A DNA stretch of 64,000 bases from Bacteroidota bacterium. GTDB lineage: Bacteria > Bacteroidota > Bacteroidia > CAILMK01. The translations under genes and the position numbers were made by a program. This document shows, one piece after another, positions 59,982 through 64,000 of the stretch (the stretch's first letter is position 1; every line of letters begins with the position of its first letter). The notes beneath the pieces were generated by a model. The model saw nothing but the letters and a program-made list of their open reading frames with translations, made no database searches and was not told where the DNA came from. The stretch is from assembly GCA_013288555.1 (NCBI GenBank), contig JABDBQ010000009.1, positions 1,391 through 65,390 of the forward strand, in the 5' to 3' direction.

Positions 59982-61055
59982 ATGAAAATTGCAATTATAA
60001 CAGGTTCTGCAGGACTTATCGGAAGTGAAGCTGCGGTATTTTTTTCGGATAAATTTGATTTGATCGTTGGTATTGACAATAACCTCAGACAATATTTTTT
60101 CGGTGAAGAAAGTTCAACGGACTGGAATAAAAAGCGCCTTGAAAATCAGTTAACCAATTACCGGCATTATGCGGCAGACATCAGGGATGTTTCCCAATTG
60201 GAATCCATTTTTAAGGAATATGGTTCAGATATTAAACTGGTTTTGCATACGGCGGCACAACCCAGTCATGACTGGGCAGCTAAGGAGCCTTTTACAGATT
60301 TCAGCGTAAACGCGACAGGGACGTTAAATATGCTTGAAATGAATAGGTTATATTGTCCTGAAGCTGTTTTTATTTTTACATCTACCAATAAAGTATACGG
60401 AGACAATCCAAATTTCCTTCCGCTTATAGAAAAAGAAACCCGCTGGGAAATAGATGAATCGCATCCTTATTTTAAAGATGGGATTGATGAGTTGATGAGC
60501 ATAGACCAAACCAAACATTCACTTTTTGGTGCATCGAAGGTGGCAGCGGATGTATTAGTACAGGAATACGGGAGATATTTTGGAATGAAAACCGGGGTGT
60601 TCCGGGGCGGATGTCTTACGGGTCCAAACCATTCTGGTGCGCAACTTCATGGATTTCTGGCATATCTCATGAAATGTGCTATCACCGGGAATCATTATAC
60701 GATATTCGGGTATAAGGGAAAGCAGGTTCGTGATAATATTCATAGTGCCGATCTTGTAAACATGTTCTGGCATTTTTACCAGGCGCCAAGGCCGGGAGAA
60801 GTCTATAATGCTGGTGGTGGCAGGTTCGCCAATTGCTCTATGATTGAAGCCATTGCAATATGTGAAGAAATCTCAGGAAAGAAAATAGATTACAGTTATA
60901 GTGAGACAAATCGAATCGGTGATCACATCTGGTATGTAAGTGACCTTTCCAAATTTATTTCACATTACCCTGACTGGTACTGGAAATACAATCTTGAGGA
61001 TACCCTGGTTCAGATTCATGACGGCATAGCGGCGAGGCTTGAAACAGCGAAGTAA
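59982..61055 (+). CDS. NAD-dependent epimerase/dehydratase (extended SDR, CDP-paratose-2-epimerase-like)
   Basis: Contains the [10 protein letters not shown] Rossmann motif and TSTNKVYGD. The expected YxxxK position reads FGASK. Confidence 0.8.
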   Translation: MKIAIITGSAGLIGSEAAVFFSDKFDLIVGIDNNLRQYFFGEESSTDWNKKRLENQLTNYRHYAADIRDVSQLESIFKEYGSDIKLVLHTAAQPSHDWAAKEPFTDFSVNATGTLNMLEMNRLYCPEAVFIFTSTNKVYGDNPNFLPLIEKETRWEIDESHPYFKDGIDELMSIDQTKHSLFGASKVAADVLVQEYGRYFGMKTGVFRGGCLTGPNHSGAQLHGFLAYLMKCAITGNHYTIFGYKGKQVRDNIHSADLVNMFWHFYQAPRPGEVYNAGGGRFANCSMIEAIAICEEISGKKIDYSYSETNRIGDHIWYVSDLSKFISHYPDWYWKYNLEDTLVQIHDGIAARLETAK

Positions 61056-61116
61056 GTGCGAAGAGCGTAGAAAGAGAGCGGCTTCGCACTCCACTTTATC
61101 GCACTCCGCTCTTCTT
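61056..61116. repeat. Family D word-repeat tails (GTGCGAAGAGCG) of two convergent genes; probably acts as a bidirectional terminator hairpin
   Basis: GTGCGAAGAGCGTAGAAAGAGAGCGGCTTCGCACTCCACTTTATCGCACTCCGCTCTTC; the arms are mutually complementary. Confidence 0.5.
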
Positions 61117-61118
61117 AT

Positions 61119-61781
61119 TTAACGCTGATTGAATACGTACTGGATAATATTTGCGCCCATTTTGAGCGCTTCCTGGCGTTTAAAATCAGGATCTTTGTGA
61201 ACTTCAGGATCTTCCCAGCCGTCGCCAATATCGGATTCGAGAACATAATAGCAAACAAGCCTGCCATTGTATACTAAACCAAAGCCCTGCGCGGGTTTAC
61301 CATCGTGTTCGTGAATTTTAGGGACACCATTTGGGAATTCATATTTCTGATGATAAATAGGGTGACTATATGGGAGTTCTATAAAACCAAGTTCAGGAAA
61401 TACTTTTTTCATAGCAATTCTGATATATGGATCAAGCCCATAACTGTCGTTAATATTAAGAAAACCGCCTGCAATAAGGTAATTCCTTAAATTCTGGGCT
61501 TCAGCATCAGTAAATGTTATAGCACCGTTACCTGTGATATGAATAAACGGATAGTTGAAAATGTCTTTGCTACCTGGTTCAACAACATCTTCAGTTGAAG
61601 CGATATTTGTTCCAAGGTTTTTATTGCAATAAGCAATAAGATTTGGCAAAGAAGTTGGGCTCACATACCAGTTCCCGCCGCCATCATACTTCATTCTGGC
61701 AATTTTCAGGGTATTTGCAGGCTGACTGAACGAAGTCAGTACCAGAAATCCCGCTACAATGAGGCAATATTTTTTAAGCAT
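61119..61781 (-). CDS. DUF4159 domain protein
   Basis: Has a signal peptide and a KYDGGGNWYVSPTSLPNLI pattern that I associate with DUF4159. Confidence 0.65.
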   Translation of the reverse strand: MLKKYCLIVAGFLVLTSFSQPANTLKIARMKYDGGGNWYVSPTSLPNLIAYCNKNLGTNIASTEDVVEPGSKDIFNYPFIHITGNGAITFTDAEAQNLRNYLIAGGFLNINDSYGLDPYIRIAMKKVFPELGFIELPYSHPIYHQKYEFPNGVPKIHEHDGKPAQGFGLVYNGRLVCYYVLESDIGDGWEDPEVHKDPDFKRQEALKMGANIIQYVFNQR

Positions 61782-62046
61782 TATACATGGAGTAACGCCG
61801 TAAAATTAGGAAAAATTGCGCTATTATCTCGTATTTGCATTAATAAGTAGGTTCAAATCGCATAGAGCATTGATTGGTATTCATCAATGAAATTGTACAT
61901 TTTATGTTTTGGCAGGGCTTTTGTAAGTTGAATCATGAATGTTTAGAAAATGCAGGAAGGTAAAAATTTTCTATTATTTTAGCTAAATTTGAATTTGGAA
62001 TAAAAATAAGGGTTTTAAATTGGATTTTTAATTAATAAAGAAATAC

Positions 62047-62529
62047 ATGAATAAGATTTTGTTAATCATTGGGTTTGCTTTTTTTTCTGCGGCGGCATTA
62101 TTTGCACAAACAAACACACCACCGCCCCCGCCGCCCCCACCTGCACCAGCTGGCAAAAATATGCCACCACCGATTGCACCGAATAAACCTGCAGATGCAA
62201 GTGCGGTAAAATTTAATGAGTTGGTACATAATTTTGGGCAGGTAGCTTATAATTCAGATGTCAAATGCACTTTTGAATTTAAGAATACCAGTAATGAACC
62301 TGTAGCTATAAAGGATGTAGGCACTTCATGTGGTTGTACTACGCCAAGCTATTCCAAAGAACCTGTAGCTCCCGGAAAAACCGGTAGTGTGACGGCAAAA
62401 TATGATAGCTCACGCATTGGAGCTTTTACTAAAACACTTACTGTTTATATTAATAATGATCAAATAAGGCTAATGATAAGGGGTACAATTCTTCCTCCTA
62501 AGTCTGATAATACGCCGCAATCAAAATAG
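62047..62529 (+). CDS. DUF1573 domain protein with an N-terminal polyproline tract
   Basis: Contains TSCGCTTPSYSKEPVAPGKTG...AKYDS and TPPPPPPPPAPAGKNMPPPIAP. Confidence 0.8.
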   Translation: MNKILLIIGFAFFSAAALFAQTNTPPPPPPPPAPAGKNMPPPIAPNKPADASAVKFNELVHNFGQVAYNSDVKCTFEFKNTSNEPVAIKDVGTSCGCTTPSYSKEPVAPGKTGSVTAKYDSSRIGAFTKTLTVYINNDQIRLMIRGTILPPKSDNTPQSK

Positions 62530-62531
62530 CG

Positions 62532-62978
62532 ATGAAAATCTTTTTTGGCTTGTTGCTGACATTTTTTCTGATTTCGGGTCATTCTTATGGGCAAAGTAAT
62601 GATTCTAACCAGCAGACACCTGAACTTTCTAAATCTGATGTCAGTTTTAAGGAAACAGTATATAACTTTAAAACAGTTGATTTTAATTCAGATGTAAGCC
62701 ATTCCTTTATCTTTACCAATACAAGTCATGCTCCGGTATCTATAAGCCGTGTAACGCCAAGTTGTGGCTGTACAACAACCGATTATACAAAGGGTCCAAT
62801 AATGCCCGGAAAATCGGGATTCGTATCCATAAAGTATGATAGTACACGTCCTGGATATTTTTCAAAAAGTGTTACTGTAGTTGTTGGCGATGAGTCATAT
62901 ACACTTATTTTCCTTGGTACTGTGCAGTCTAACCCGAATGAGAAAACCAGTACACCACAAAATGCTACACATTATTAA
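62532..62978 (+). CDS. DUF1573 domain protein
   Basis: Contains PSCGCTTTDYTKGPIMPGKSG...IKYDS. Confidence 0.8.
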   Translation: MKIFFGLLLTFFLISGHSYGQSNDSNQQTPELSKSDVSFKETVYNFKTVDFNSDVSHSFIFTNTSHAPVSISRVTPSCGCTTTDYTKGPIMPGKSGFVSIKYDSTRPGYFSKSVTVVVGDESYTLIFLGTVQSNPNEKTSTPQNATHY

Positions 62979-63022
62979 TTATTAATTCAGGATCATTTTA
63001 TGTTAAAGTTAAATCGTTATAA

Positions 63023-63442
63023 ATGAGGAAAATATGTATTTTGGCCGTGATACTTGCATTCAGTTTAAGAACATCTTACGCACAGGATCAACCTGGTCTG
63101 AGTGCATCTCACAGTGTGATTAAATTTAATGAGTTAACATATGATTTTGGTGTAAAAGCACTGGGAGCGGATGTTACTCATAAATTCGAATTTAAAAATG
63201 TGAGTAAGAATCGAATTGCAATTACTGAAGTAAAGGCAAGTTGCGGATGCACAACCCCTCAATATCCCACAGAACCAATAAAGCCTGGTAAAAAAGGGGT
63301 TATTACCGTAAAGTATGACAGCAAGCGTCCGGGAGTTTTTGTAAAAACACTAACTGTGAATATAAATGATGGCGAACAAGTCATTTTAACTATAAAAGGT
63401 GACATTAAATCTCCAAATGTTGGAGCGGCACTACCCAAATAG
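63023..63442 (+). CDS. DUF1573 domain protein
   Basis: Contains ASCGCTTPQYPTEPIKPGKKG...VKYDS. Confidence 0.8.
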   Translation: MRKICILAVILAFSLRTSYAQDQPGLSASHSVIKFNELTYDFGVKALGADVTHKFEFKNVSKNRIAITEVKASCGCTTPQYPTEPIKPGKKGVITVKYDSKRPGVFVKTLTVNINDGEQVILTIKGDIKSPNVGAALPK

Positions 63443-63447
63443 AAGTG

Positions 63448-64000
63448 TTATTTAGAAACTGTTTTTTTTTCGATTTTGTGTTCATTTTCTTCCATGAGCC
63501 TAAGCATAACACCCTCTTTTAAAGCGTAATCTGATGTGATGATTTTATGTATTCCCGTTCTTTTCAGTACATAATTTATCATAACCGCGGCCATTGAAAT
63601 CATTTCAACCCTGAAAGCAGGAATTCCAGGGAAATACATAATTTCTTCCTGTGTTGCACTGATGATTTTTTGATATATATGTTCAAAATGAAAATAATCT
63701 ATTTCATGATGCAACGAATACTGTGCTTTTTTTTCAAGGTTAAAGATATTGCGCTCCATCTTGCCTAATGACTCAAAAGAGCCTGATGCACCCACCAGTG
63801 TTTTAACGTTAAAGTTTAATGCCTGTTCCCAAAGTTCGGTCAGTTCAGTTTCAAGAAATGCTTCAACCTCGCTGATTTTATCTTCATGCATCGGATCCAT
63901 TCCCGGGAATCGGTCAATAAGTCTGGCTGCACCTATTTCATAGCTTTTTATCCATGAAATTGATTTATTATTTCCAATGATAAATTCTACACTTCCGCCG
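63448..64000 (-). CDS. Ppx/GppA family phosphatase, C-terminal part; the gene continues past the right window edge
   Basis: The minus-strand frame stays open to the window end: ...GGSVEFIIGNNKSISWIKSYEIGAARLIDRFPGMDPMHEDKI... (the GGGS.E actin-like ATPase motif region). Confidence 0.75.
   Translation of the reverse strand, partial: GGSVEFIIGNNKSISWIKSYEIGAARLIDRFPGMDPMHEDKISEVEAFLETELTELWEQALNFNVKTLVGASGSFESLGKMERNIFNLEKKAQYSLHHEIDYFHFEHIYQKIISATQEEIMYFPGIPAFRVEMISMAAVMINYVLKRTGIHKIITSDYALKEGVMLRLMEENEHKIEKKTVSK

Noticed and set aside
1006-64000. Numerous 60-200-aa track ORFs lying antisense to, or out of frame within, large genes. Examples are 1006-1344, 4126-4497, 5083-5592, 5899-6519, 25656-26075, 27381-27704, 36196-36483, 42756-43068 and 59578-59994.
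   Set aside because: They lie entirely inside strongly supported CDSs. They have odd composition and no recognisable motifs, so I treat them as shadow ORFs.
1-64000. tRNA, rRNA, tmRNA or RNase P genes in the intergenic regions
   Set aside because: I inspected the longer intergenic stretches (12821-13851, 17053-17378, 33292-33636, 35808-36035, 44221-44563, 57672-58620 and 61782-62046). None showed cloverleaf-compatible or otherwise recognisable conserved RNA sequence.

Overview
This 64-kb chromosomal segment looks like Bacteroidota. Supporting signs are type-A and type-B T9SS C-terminal sorting domains, a TonB-dependent receptor with a CarboxypepD_reg-like N-domain, TAnnTTTG -7 boxes, and AT-rich intergenic DNA. 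The backbone is housekeeping: rsmA (partial), pepA, pdxA, a fused FdhA-type formate dehydrogenase, tatC, rpiB, obg, accC-accB-efp, a delta-9-type desaturase, an M1 aminopeptidase, a tricorn-like S41 protease, a lutB-like Fe-S protein, adk, hpt, leuS, a CNNM/CorC transporter, an SDR epimerase, three tandem DUF1573 genes and a partial ppx/gppA. Two giant surface proteins (about 3990 and 1780 aa) with gliding-motility-type (type B) T9SS CTDs carry long arrays of ~182-aa modules. On top of this sits a layer of small structured or selfish DNA. It includes a RAYT (IS200-like Y1 transposase) nested inside two inverted REP pairs, and a HEPN-MNT pair. It also includes a frameshifted four-helix-bundle gene (23S-rRNA-IVS-protein family) inside ~80-100-nt inverted word-repeat arms, a second small ORF inside arms of the same kind, and low-complexity word-repeat tails directly after many stop codons. 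The standout is leuS. A 654-bp GC-rich cassette (a DUF559/Vsr-like endonuclease core flanked by two ~140-bp palindromic modules) sits in frame inside this essential tRNA synthetase ORF, with no stop codon and no intein signatures. No rRNA, tRNA or CRISPR array was recognised. All family assignments come from motif recognition by eye; no database search was run.
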